Assembly: GCA_002299195.1 (NCBI GenBank)
Contig: DBOA01000174.1
Location: 1 to 38,305, forward strand
Direction: 5' to 3'
Origin: Sphingomonadales bacterium UBA658
Lineage (GTDB): Bacteria > Pseudomonadota > Alphaproteobacteria > Sphingomonadales > Sphingomonadaceae
Length of the DNA stretch: 38,305 nt
Numbering within the stretch: the first letter of the stretch is position 1; each line of letters starts with the position of its first letter. Under the pieces are notes generated by a model. The model worked only from the letters and a program-made list of their open reading frames with translations, had not been told where the DNA came from and made no database searches. A program made the translations under genes and the position numbers. This document shows positions 8,158 through 16,694 of the stretch, piece by piece.

Positions 8158-11127
8158 TCAGCTATCGTCCTCAAGCGACAGCAACGATGCGTTGCCGCCC
8201 GCGCTTGTTGTATCGACCGATGTCGTCCGTTCAGCGCAGAAGCGGTACAAATAATGCGGTCCGCCTGCTTTGGGACCAGTGCCTGATAAGCCTTCACCGC
8301 CAAATGGCTGACTGCCCACCACCGCGCCAATCATCGACCGATTGATGTACAGATTGCCGACGCGGGCAAGGTTTTCGACCAATGCACTGCTGCCCGCAAT
8401 CCGGCTGTGCAGCCCCATCGTCAGACCAAAGCCTTTGGCATTCACGCGTGCGACTGTCGCCTCCAGCTCTCCAGCCTTCCATGTGACAACATGCACCAAT
8501 GGGCCAAACCATTCGCGGTTCAGATCGTCCAGATTGTCCAGACGGATAACCGTCGGGGGCACAAACAGGCCTTGCGCGGGGACGTTTATCTCATGAACTA
8601 TTCTGTCCTTAACCTCGGCCCGATAGGCCATCAGCTTGTCATAGGAATCCTGATCAATGACAGGTCCGATGTCGGTCGAGGGATCAGCAGGATCGCCAAA
8701 GTTCAACGTGTCCATCGCGCCGCGCAGCATCTCAAGCGTATGTTCTGCGATATCCTCCTGCAGAAGCAATAACCGCAACGCTGAACAACGCTGCCCTGCC
8801 GATTGAAAGCCCGAGATGATGATATCGCGAACGACTTGTTCGGACAAAGCCGTGGAATCGACGATCATTGCGTTCAAGCCACCCGTTTCGGCAATCAGCG
8901 GGACCAATGGCCGCGCATCATCGGCGAGCAAGTTGCGCGCAATGGCTTTTGCCGTCGGGACCGAACCCGTAAACACCACGCCAGAAATGCGGACATCGGC
9001 GGTCAGGACCGCGCCGACGTCGCCACCGCCGGTAACAATCTGAAGCACATCCGCGGGAACGCCGGCTTCATGTGCCAGCGCCACTGCGTATTGCCCAATG
9101 GCGGGTGTTTGCGGAGCAGGCTTCGCGACAACGGTGTTGCCAGTGACCAATGCCGCCGCCACTTGTCCCAAAAATATCGCAAGTGGGAAATTCCACGGCG
9201 CAATCGCGACCCATACACCCCGGCCTTCATGCCGCAGAACATTCCGTTCGCCCGTTGGGCCGGGCAATTCGACAGCGCACAAATCGGTACGTGCGCGCGC
9301 AGCATAATAACGGCAAAAATCAATTGCCTCACGTACTTCGGATAGCGCATCAGGGATCGTTTTGCGCGCCTCTTGAACCAAAACAGCCATCAAACGGCTG
9401 CGGTTTGTCTCAAGCAGGTCGGCCAGTCGGTCCAGACAGTCCGCGCGTTCGTCCAATGGGGCATTTGACCATGCCGGATAGGCGGCAAGCGCCGCAGTGA
9501 CCGCATCCTTTGGTGAGGCTGTTGTCTGGTTGCCCAATGGTACCGGGCGCGCGATGTCCGCTGCGGTTTCCTGCAGGATCAGCGCATCATCAAGGTCAAT
9601 GCCAAGGCTATTCGTTCGTTCTGGCTGAAACAGATCAGCAGGCGCTGCGATCGCTGGGTGCCCTGTGCCGCCAACAGCCATGATTTTCTCGACGGGATCG
9701 GCGAGCAGTTCGTCTTCACTGATGGATTGGTCCGCCAGTTGGTGCACGAAACTGCTGTTGGCGCCATTTTCCAGCAAGCGGCGGACCAGATAGGCGAGCA
9801 AGTCGCGATGTCCGCCCACCGGAGCGTAGGTGCGGCACTGATAGCCCTCGTCGCGCACAAGGCGTTCAAACAGCCCTTCGCCCATTCCATGCAGGCGTTG
9901 AAATTCAAAATCGCGATTGTCCCCCGCCAATTGCAAGATCGTCGCAACGGTAAGCGCGTTATGCGTTGCAAATGCCGGGCGAATTTTGGCGGCTTCAAAC
10001 ATATCTTTGGCGCACGCAAGGTAGGATACGTCCGTTGCCGGCTTGCGGGTAAACAACGGGAAGTCGCTTAGCCCCCGTTCCTGCGCATGTTTGATCTCGC
10101 TGTCCCAATAGGCACCTTTGACGAGGCGCACTTGCATGATGCGGGACGTGTCATTGCCCAATGCATTGGCCCAGGCGATGACGGGACGGGCGCGTTTGGA
10201 GTAAGCCTGCACTGCCATGCCTAAGCCATCCCAGCCGCGCAGGGCACGATCACGGGCGACGCGTTCAATGATATCAAGGCTCATTTCCAGACGCGCCGCT
10301 TCTTCGGCATCAATGGTGAGTTGCACGCCAAGCGAGGCGGCAGATCGGGCCAATTGCGTGATCATATCGGCCAGTTCTGGAACGCATGTTGCACTCTGCG
10401 CAGTTTCGTATCGCGGGTGCAGCGCCGACAATTTTACAGAAACGCTATGACCGCGCGCCGCATTGCGACCGACGGCTGCGATGGCCGCGGCGTAGGATTC
10501 GAAATATCGTTCTGCATCATTTTTGGTACGCGCAGCTTCCCCAAGCATATCGAAACTGGCGGTGAACCCGCGATTGTCCTTTGATTCCATCCGCTTGATG
10601 GCTTCGTCAATATCGCGGCCCATCACGAAAACTTGGCCCATGAGCCGCATCGCTGCGCCAACGGCCTGACGCACAAATGGCTCGCCTGCCTTTGCAATCA
10701 GGCGCTTCAACGTGCTTGTGCTGTCACCCAGAACGGCTTTGCCGAGGACAAGTCCCCAAGTCGCGCTGTTCACCAGCAAACTTGATGACTGCCCCTTATG
10801 GTTGCCCCATTCCGCTTCGGTCAGCTTGTCGGCAATCAGCAGATCAGCCGTCTGGGGATCGGGCACACGCAAAAACGCCTCCGCAAGCGAAAGGAGCGCC
10901 GTGCCCTCCTCCGTTCCGAGACGATATTCCTGCAGAAACTGGTTCACCCATCCGTCGGCTTGCACCTGGCGCAAATCGGCCAGCAGGGTCCGCGCGGTGC
11001 GCACAACTTCGGCGCGCGCGGTGCCATCGACAGCGGCGGTGACCACCAATGGGGCGAGCACTTCTGGTTCAGACTTGCGATGGAAGGGGCGGATGGCAGT
11101 TCGTGCGGATTCGAGTGATGAAGTCAT
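8158..11127 (-). CDS. putA: Bifunctional proline dehydrogenase / L-glutamate-gamma-semialdehyde dehydrogenase (minimal ~990-aa PutA, no DNA-binding domain)
   Basis: PRODH motifs SFDMLGEAA, SVKLSALHPRYE, RLVKGAYWD, FATHN, EFQRLHGMG, YLVRRLLENGANSSF. ALDH motifs PWNFP, FTGS, AETGG, AGQRCS, QPFGG..SGTGPKAGGP. Confidence 0.97.
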   Translation of the reverse strand: MTSSLESARTAIRPFHRKSEPEVLAPLVVTAAVDGTARAEVVRTARTLLADLRQVQADGWVNQFLQEYRLGTEEGTALLSLAEAFLRVPDPQTADLLIADKLTEAEWGNHKGQSSSLLVNSATWGLVLGKAVLGDSTSTLKRLIAKAGEPFVRQAVGAAMRLMGQVFVMGRDIDEAIKRMESKDNRGFTASFDMLGEAARTKNDAERYFESYAAAIAAVGRNAARGHSVSVKLSALHPRYETAQSATCVPELADMITQLARSAASLGVQLTIDAEEAARLEMSLDIIERVARDRALRGWDGLGMAVQAYSKRARPVIAWANALGNDTSRIMQVRLVKGAYWDSEIKHAQERGLSDFPLFTRKPATDVSYLACAKDMFEAAKIRPAFATHNALTVATILQLAGDNRDFEFQRLHGMGEGLFERLVRDEGYQCRTYAPVGGHRDLLAYLVRRLLENGANSSFVHQLADQSISEDELLADPVEKIMAVGGTGHPAIAAPADLFQPERTNSLGIDLDDALILQETAADIARPVPLGNQTTASPKDAVTAALAAYPAWSNAPLDERADCLDRLADLLETNRSRLMAVLVQEARKTIPDALSEVREAIDFCRYYAARARTDLCAVELPGPTGERNVLRHEGRGVWVAIAPWNFPLAIFLGQVAAALVTGNTVVAKPAPQTPAIGQYAVALAHEAGVPADVLQIVTGGGDVGAVLTADVRISGVVFTGSVPTAKAIARNLLADDARPLVPLIAETGGLNAMIVDSTALSEQVVRDIIISGFQSAGQRCSALRLLLLQEDIAEHTLEMLRGAMDTLNFGDPADPSTDIGPVIDQDSYDKLMAYRAEVKDRIVHEINVPAQGLFVPPTVIRLDNLDDLNREWFGPLVHVVTWKAGELEATVARVNAKGFGLTMGLHSRIAGSSALVENLARVGNLYINRSMIGAVVGSQPFGGEGLSGTGPKAGGPHYLYRFCAERTTSVDTTSAGGNASLLSLEDDS

Positions 11128-11175
11128 TGCGGCGCTTTGCCGGATAAAGCGCAGGCAGACAAGTTTCAGTTGAAA

Positions 11176-11207
11176 CGAAAAAGCCCGCCCTCGGTTGAAG
11201 GCTGGCT
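11176..11207 (-). terminator. Rho-independent terminator between the glycine-zipper gene and putA
   Basis: Minus strand reads AGCC-A-GCCUUC-AACC-GAGGGC-G-GGCU followed by UUUUCGUUUC. Confidence 0.7.
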
Positions 11208-11285
11208 CATGATCGTCAGGCTATCGCCCGATCGACCGTTCCGCCCGGATGTGAGGGAGGTTCAGGGATCACATCCGAACGAAAG
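11176..11285 (-). ncRNA. Candidate structured small RNA / 3'UTR element (three hairpins, CCUCCC loop)
   Basis: 13-bp stem at 11242-11281 with two G-U pairs valid only on the minus strand and loop UCCCUGAACCUCCC; second hairpin at 11211-11233; then the terminator. Confidence 0.45.
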
Positions 11286-11294
11286 GCTGAGATT

Positions 11295-11672
11295 TTAACG
11301 ATAGCGGCGGCAATTGCTGTCCGACTTGTCGATTGCACGGCCGGCCAAGGCGCCTACAGCTGCACCAATGATGCTGCCTTCGGTTTTGTTGCCGCGACGG
11401 GCGACTTCGTTCCCAAGCAGACCGCCTGCAACTGCACCAATGAGGGTGCCGCCCGTACCCTTGTCGCAACGCGCATTGCCGCGGTAGGCATTGTTGCGAT
11501 AATTGCGGTCGCCACGACGATATTCCCGACGGTCATATCGGTCATAACGGTCACCGCGACTGTAATAGCCATCATCATTGCCATGGCGGGCCAAAGCTGG
11601 TGTGGCGGAAAATCCGGTTACGGCCGTAGCTGCAAGTACCAGCGCACCGATGCTTTTTTTCAAATTTCTCAC
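11295..11672 (-). CDS. Secreted glycine-zipper 2TM domain protein (17 kDa surface antigen-like)
   Basis: Signal peptide ending ALA, Arg/Asp/Tyr-rich repeats, GTLIGAVAGGLLG...GSIIGAAVGALAGRAID flanked by two Cys. GTG start at 11672 follows a GGAG RBS. Confidence 0.88.
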   Translation of the reverse strand: MRNLKKSIGALVLAATAVTGFSATPALARHGNDDGYYSRGDRYDRYDRREYRRGDRNYRNNAYRGNARCDKGTGGTLIGAVAGGLLGNEVARRGNKTEGSIIGAAVGALAGRAIDKSDSNCRRYR

Positions 11673-11954
11673 GTTCGATACTCCGTTGTTTTCAGGTTCG
11701 GCCCGCATTGGGCAATTCGGCGATTTGCTGTGCCAATAATTGCCTTATGAAGATGCGTGATTGACCGCATGCTGAACGTGCCTGTTATCTTTCGTTCATA
11801 TTCAGCCCGCAAATAATGAACGCGCATGGGATTTGAACTTGCAAATCATGCCAGCACAGATCGGCCGTTTATCGGGCCACTGCCTAACGTAAACGGACCA
11901 GAGACCAGCTATCAGGATCGGGATAGCGAGGACATTGCCTCTGCCCCGGACAAG

Positions 11955-11987
11955 AAAAAACCGGAGGCAGTGACTGCCCCCGGTTTT
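11955..11987 (-). terminator. Rho-independent terminator of rpmB
   Basis: Minus strand AAAACCGGGGGCAG-UCA-CUGCCUCCGGUUUUUU, about 40 nt after the rpmB stop. Confidence 0.85.
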
Positions 11988-12027
11988 GATTCGTTTTAGC
12001 TAAAGGCTGCAAAAGCAGCCATCAGGC

Positions 12028-12318
12028 TTACGCCGCAGCTTTTTGCTTCTTGGCGATTTCTTTTTTCACCTTGCGCGCGTTTGTCGAAAGCTTCTCGTCC
12101 GAAGTCTTCAACAACCAGTTGTCGAGACCGCCAACATGTTCAACCGAACGCAGACCGTGGGTCGAAACGCGGAACTTGTAGCCCTGCTCAAGGGCATCCG
12201 ACAACAAAGTGACATTCTGCAGGTTAGGCAGGAATGTACGCTTGGTTTTGTTGTTGGCGTGGCTCACATTGTTGCCGACCAGACGGCCTTTACCGGTGAG
12301 TTCGCAGATGCGCGCCAT
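12028..12318 (-). CDS. rpmB: 50S ribosomal protein L28
   Basis: [34 protein letters not shown], the long alphaproteobacterial form. Confidence 0.98.
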   Translation of the reverse strand: MARICELTGKGRLVGNNVSHANNKTKRTFLPNLQNVTLLSDALEQGYKFRVSTHGLRSVEHVGGLDNWLLKTSDEKLSTNARKVKKEIAKKQKAAA

Positions 12319-12375
12319 GATGTATGTCCTGTATAAAAAAGTGTATGCGGAATCACTGTTCCGCGAAAGTCGCTG

Positions 12376-12404
12376 CCCCTAACGCTCCACACCAGAAAGG
12401 TCAA
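12376..12404 (-). promoter_or_regulatory. Putative sigma70 promoter of rpmB
   Basis: Minus strand TTGACC-N17-TAGGGG; alphaproteobacterial -10 elements often lack the last T. Confidence 0.5.
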
Positions 12405-12448
12405 GCCGATGTGTGGTCAAAAGCACTAATCTACGCTAGCAAAATAAC

Positions 12449-12904
12449 ATGCCCTTGTCCAAAGCCCGCGAAATGATGAACGAAGCGCTCAACTTGGCGC
12501 GGGCAGCAGCCGCGCAAGGCGAAGTGCCCGTTGGCGCGATTGTCATCAAGGATGGGGTCATTATTGGCCGTGGCGCCAACCGTCCGCTTGAGCATCATGA
12601 CCCCACTGCCCACGCCGAAATCCTCGCCATCCGCGCCGCTGCGGCGCATCTTGGCAATGACCGGCTCACGGGATGCGACCTGTGGGTCACGCTAGAGCCC
12701 TGTGCGATGTGTGCAGGCGCAATCGCCCATTCACGCATCGCCCGCCTCTATTATGGCGCTGAGGACCCCAAGGGCGGCGCTGTGGCGCATGGTCCCCGCT
12801 TATTTGAACAGCCCACGGTGCATCATCGCCCCGAAATATATTCTGGGATATCCGCCGACGAATCGGCGGAACTGCTTCAGGCGTTTTTCAAAGACCGGCG
12901 CTAA
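12449..12904 (+). CDS. tadA: tRNA-specific adenosine deaminase
   Basis: GEVPVGA, DPTAHAE, TLEPCAMCAGA, DPKGGA motifs. Confidence 0.92.
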   Translation: MPLSKAREMMNEALNLARAAAAQGEVPVGAIVIKDGVIIGRGANRPLEHHDPTAHAEILAIRAAAAHLGNDRLTGCDLWVTLEPCAMCAGAIAHSRIARLYYGAEDPKGGAVAHGPRLFEQPTVHHRPEIYSGISADESAELLQAFFKDRR

Positions 12905-13806
12905 CGCAGATTTTTCCCGAAAAACGCGAGCGTGCGGGCCCACGACAAGTCTGCCGCTGCTTTGTCAAAACGGGGCGTGCTGTCATTGTGGAAGCCATGC
13001 TGCGTGCCCGGGTAGAAATGCACCTGAAACGCCTTCTGGTTCGCAATGAGCGCTGCCTGATAAGGGAGCCAGCCTGCGTTGATGCGCTCATCGGCCTCGG
13101 CATAATGGATCAACAGCGGCGCCTTAATAAAAGGAACTTCGGCCGCAGTGGGTTGGCGACCATAATAAGGCACTGACGCAGCCATTTCCGGATAAGCAAC
13201 GGCCAACGCATTGCAGACACCGCCACCGTAGCAAAAACCTACCGCGCCAACCTTGCCGTTGCTGTCGGCATGATCGCGCAGGAATTCAAAGCTGGCGAAA
13301 AAGTCTTCCAATAATTTGCCGGGGTTCAGTGTTGCCTGCAGCTCGCGGCCTTTTTCGTCATTGCCCGGATAACCGCCAAGCGACGACAGGCCATCAGGGC
13401 CAAACGCCATATAGCCCGCCTTTGCCAGACGACGCACGACATCCTCGATATAGGGGTTCAGTCCGCGATTTTCGTGGATCACCAATACCGCCGGCAACTT
13501 GCCGCTTGCCTTGGCTGATCGCGCCAGCAGCCCGCTGATGCTGCCATGCCCGTCGGGGCTTTGTACCGTCATCCGCGACGTGACAATTTCGGGATCGTCG
13601 GCCTTAACCTGCTGCGCCAAAGCATAATCTGGCTGCAACTGGTTGAGTATCATAAGGCCGGTGACGCCCGCAGCTGCGAATTTACCGGCTTCGCGAATGA
13701 ATTCACGTTTGGTCAGCTTGCCGTGGACATAGCCATCAAAGATTTCCAGAATATAGGGATGGAAGTCACTGGCCTTCATGCGCGGTGAAGTATCGGCTTC
13801 TGCCAT
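12901..13806 (-). CDS. Dienelactone hydrolase family protein (YghX-like)
   Basis: HENRGLNPYIEDV, nucleophile GFCYGG, HGFHNDSTPRFD; N-terminal FDGYVHGKLTKREF segment typical of YghX. Confidence 0.92.
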   Translation of the reverse strand: MAEADTSPRMKASDFHPYILEIFDGYVHGKLTKREFIREAGKFAAAGVTGLMILNQLQPDYALAQQVKADDPEIVTSRMTVQSPDGHGSISGLLARSAKASGKLPAVLVIHENRGLNPYIEDVVRRLAKAGYMAFGPDGLSSLGGYPGNDEKGRELQATLNPGKLLEDFFASFEFLRDHADSNGKVGAVGFCYGGGVCNALAVAYPEMAASVPYYGRQPTAAEVPFIKAPLLIHYAEADERINAGWLPYQAALIANQKAFQVHFYPGTQHGFHNDSTPRFDKAAADLSWARTLAFFGKNLR

Positions 13807-13817
13807 CCTTATTCTCC

Positions 13818-14618
13818 TTAATGGACAAACCTGGCTACGACGTCACGATAGGAACGGCTGACTTTTACCTGTGCGCCGGATTCGAGCACAAGGAAGCATT
13901 CGCCGTTGGTATGCGGCTTCACCTGCCGCACCTGATCCAAATTGACGATTGTCGAACGATGGACGCGCTGGAACGTGCGTGGATCGAGGCGTTTTTCCAG
14001 ATCCTTCATCGTCTCGCGCAGGATGAGCGAGTTGTCGGCGGTGTAAATGCACATATAGTCGCCAGCCGCATCGATCCGTTCGATGCTTTCTACATCGACG
14101 CGGAAAATCTGGCCGCGATCTTTGATATTGATAAGCTTCTCAAACCGCGTTGACGCCAGGTCATCGTCAATCGAGCTCAGATTGTCAGCTGCATCCGGCG
14201 CGACTTCATTGATGACAGTGCGAAGCCTGTCCAGCTCATCCGATGTGCGCTTGTCGGCAAGCCTGCTGCGCACACGGTCCATGGTGTCGGCAAGACGTTC
14301 TGGTTCGACCGGCTTCATGAGATAATCGATGGCCTGCGCTTCGAACGCCTTAATCGCATGTTCCGAATAGGCCGTCACAAAAACGAACAACGGCGGATCA
14401 ATATCCATCACGCCCTGAACGACGGAAAATCCATCAAATCCGGGCATCTGAATGTCGAGAAACACCAGATCGGGTTTCAGCGTTTTAATCTTGCGAATGG
14501 CCTCACGACCGTTGTGGCAGGTGGCGACGATTTCGATGTCGTCGAACGGCTGGAGCCTTAATTCAAGGCCTTGGATCGCCAGCTTTTCATCGTCGACCAA
14601 TATTGTACGAATGCTCAT
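13818..14618 (-). CDS. LytTR-family DNA-binding response regulator
   Basis: REC domain VDDE, FLDIQMPG, FVTAY, DYLMKP; LytTR domain FQRVHRSTIVN, VSRSY. Confidence 0.95.
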   Translation of the reverse strand: MSIRTILVDDEKLAIQGLELRLQPFDDIEIVATCHNGREAIRKIKTLKPDLVFLDIQMPGFDGFSVVQGVMDIDPPLFVFVTAYSEHAIKAFEAQAIDYLMKPVEPERLADTMDRVRSRLADKRTSDELDRLRTVINEVAPDAADNLSSIDDDLASTRFEKLINIKDRGQIFRVDVESIERIDAAGDYMCIYTADNSLILRETMKDLEKRLDPRTFQRVHRSTIVNLDQVRQVKPHTNGECFLVLESGAQVKVSRSYRDVVARFVH

Positions 14619-15751
14619 GCGGATATTTGTCCTTGCTGCTTAGCCCCCGTTTGATTGTCTTCCCCTGCTATAATCCGGCTTTGATATGGTAGTTCCAACA
14701 AAACCTCAAATCCTCCGCCCGCTTTTACATAATGTTCAAAGCGTTGATCGTCGCCATAAGCTTGTGAAAGTCGCTCTCGGGTGTTGGCCATGCCAACACC
14801 GGTGGAGAGGCTGTGATCTTGCTGCCCCGGCTGCAAGCCTGGTCCTGTGTCCGATACGGTAATCCGCACTCTTTGGCCGACGAGTTGAGCGGTCACGGAA
14901 ATGTCCGCGCCCTCTTCTTTCGGCGTAACCGCATATTTAATGGCATTTTCCACCAATGGCTGCAGGAGAAGTGAGGGCACCAGAGCGTTTTCGACAGCGG
15001 GTTCGATGATGAAATATGTCCGCAAGCGTTCTTCAAACCGCATCTTTTCGATATCAAGATAGAGCTTCAACGTCTCAACCTCTTGCGTCAACGGCACCTT
15101 GGCCGCCGCTTCGTTGATGAGGGTGAAGCGCAAAAACGACGATAGCCGCGACAACATGGCGTTTGCCTGTTCCGTCTGCTTCAGCAGCACGAGCGTCGAT
15201 ATGCTGTTCAATGTGTTGAACAGGAAATGCGGGTTCAACTGATACCGCAACATCGTCAGCTGCGCGCTGGTAGCCTGCGCCTCAAGCCGCATCATCTGGT
15301 CCGCTTGTTCTTCAGCGCGCACGAAATAATTAATAGCATAATAAAGCGCGGACCAGGCCGCCAACAACACCGAGTTAATATAGATCGCGGCGAGCCATAA
15401 CTGCGCAAAGGGCGTTTCATCCACCCCATCACGAATGGTTTGAAGCACCCACACGTCCATATACGCGTAGCCAATGGTGGCCAGGGACACCGCGACGAAC
15501 GTCAGGCTCCACATAATAAATGGCCGCTGATCAATCAGAAATCGGTAAATAACCGATAGCAAAAGCGTGATCGAATAGCCCGTGACCGCTGATATCAGGA
15601 TGGGCACAAGGAAGCTGACGGGCTGCCCTTGGGCAATCCCCGACGCGGCGCGCAAAATGACTGCACCGGCCCATCCGGCTGAATGGAGATTCCAAAACGC
15701 GCGATTTTTATCGGCAAAGAAGGGTTTGTCTGTAAGCTCAAGTACCGCCAT
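14615..15751 (-). CDS. LytS/AlgZ-type membrane sensor histidine kinase
   Basis: About 4 TM helices; QLNPHFLFNTLNSI H-box, LQPLVENAIKY N-box, DTGPG, GVGMAN. 4-nt overlap with the response regulator. Confidence 0.95.
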   Translation of the reverse strand: MAVLELTDKPFFADKNRAFWNLHSAGWAGAVILRAASGIAQGQPVSFLVPILISAVTGYSITLLLSVIYRFLIDQRPFIMWSLTFVAVSLATIGYAYMDVWVLQTIRDGVDETPFAQLWLAAIYINSVLLAAWSALYYAINYFVRAEEQADQMMRLEAQATSAQLTMLRYQLNPHFLFNTLNSISTLVLLKQTEQANAMLSRLSSFLRFTLINEAAAKVPLTQEVETLKLYLDIEKMRFEERLRTYFIIEPAVENALVPSLLLQPLVENAIKYAVTPKEEGADISVTAQLVGQRVRITVSDTGPGLQPGQQDHSLSTGVGMANTRERLSQAYGDDQRFEHYVKAGGGFEVLLELPYQSRIIAGEDNQTGAKQQGQISA

Positions 15752-15839
15752 AAATTGGGTCTAGCCGCATTTTGCGCGCGCATGAAGCACTTGTTTCATC
15801 ACACGGACATGATAGGGATTTGGGGAGAGGATACCAAAT

Positions 15840-16433
15840 ATGGACAACCACGAAGACCGCGCAAATTTCCACGACATGTCGCAGAGTACGCAAGAAGATT
15901 GGCAAATCATCATGCGGCACAATATCCCGTTTTCGCAAAATGGCGGACAACGGATATTGGACCATCTTCGGCTGCTCGATGGCGATTTTGGTGGATTCGC
16001 GGTGGACCGGTTGACCCATTCCTTGCAAACCGCAACGCGGGCCCATCGTGATGGACGGGACGAAGATTATGTCGTCATGGCGCTGCTGCACGACATTGGC
16101 GACACACTTGGCGCGACAAATCACCCAGACATTGCTGCTGCCATATTAAAGCCGTTCGTTTCCGAAAAACTCCACTGGATTGTTCAAAACCACGGCATTT
16201 TTCAAGGTCACAACTTCTTCCACCATCTTGGCCTTGATCGAGACATGCGCGAAAAGTTCCGCGGTCACGAATGGTTTGCTGACACCGAAGAATTCATCGA
16301 CAAATATGACTGCCCATCATTCGATCCCGAATATGACACGCTGCCGATCGAGTTTTTCGAACCCATGGTGATGAATCTGTTCCGCCATCCGCTGAACAGC
16401 ATTTATAAGCGTGAAGCAGAGGCAGTCGCTTAA
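15840..16433 (+). CDS. HD-domain metalloprotein, PhnZ/MIOX-like diiron oxygenase or phosphohydrolase
   Basis: THSLQTA, LLHDIGD, NHP, QNHG and YD ligand pattern; GGAGAGG RBS. Confidence 0.8.
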   Translation: MDNHEDRANFHDMSQSTQEDWQIIMRHNIPFSQNGGQRILDHLRLLDGDFGGFAVDRLTHSLQTATRAHRDGRDEDYVVMALLHDIGDTLGATNHPDIAAAILKPFVSEKLHWIVQNHGIFQGHNFFHHLGLDRDMREKFRGHEWFADTEEFIDKYDCPSFDPEYDTLPIEFFEPMVMNLFRHPLNSIYKREAEAVA

Positions 16434-16561
16434 TCACTCCATTTCGGCGGGTACCCTTATAACGGGGACCATTCGTGCATATAAATAAGGCTCACCGGAC
16501 GTTCGCGTGAACGATCCGGCGCTTTGCACGTTGCCCCCTCTACCCCCGAAAGGAAAACATC

Positions 16562-16690
16562 ATGGCAAAGAGCCAAAAGAAATCGAACCGCGAAGTCCGC
16601 AAACCAAAGGCGGAGGGACCCAAAAAGCAAAATGCGTCGAATCCCTCAACCAAAGGCAACCCCGCCGGGTTGCCCCCAACGAAGAGCTAG
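16562..16690 (+). CDS. Small basic protein, 42 aa (below the ORF-track cutoff)
   Basis: AAGGAAAACATC RBS, then MAKSQKKSNREVRKPKAEGPKKQNASNPSTKGNPAGLPPTKS-TAG; ends 4 nt before the convergent GDH stop. Confidence 0.75.
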   Translation: MAKSQKKSNREVRKPKAEGPKKQNASNPSTKGNPAGLPPTKS

Positions 16691-16694
16691 AGGC

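Noticed and set aside
11490-11580. Short tandem-like repeats (CGGTCATA) in the glycine-zipper gene
   Set aside because: They encode the Arg-Tyr-Asp low-complexity linker usual for this family; not CRISPR or a VNTR.
11933-11972. Alternative pairing CATTGCCTC/GAGGCAGTG competing with the rpmB terminator
   Set aside because: On the rpmB strand it lies downstream of the terminator, and no plus-strand gene follows, so it cannot act as an antiterminator.
11826-11999. 57-aa plus-strand ORF (MGFELANH...GFDSF) in the glycine-zipper/rpmB spacer
   Set aside because: No RBS, runs through the rpmB terminator, no recognisable motif.
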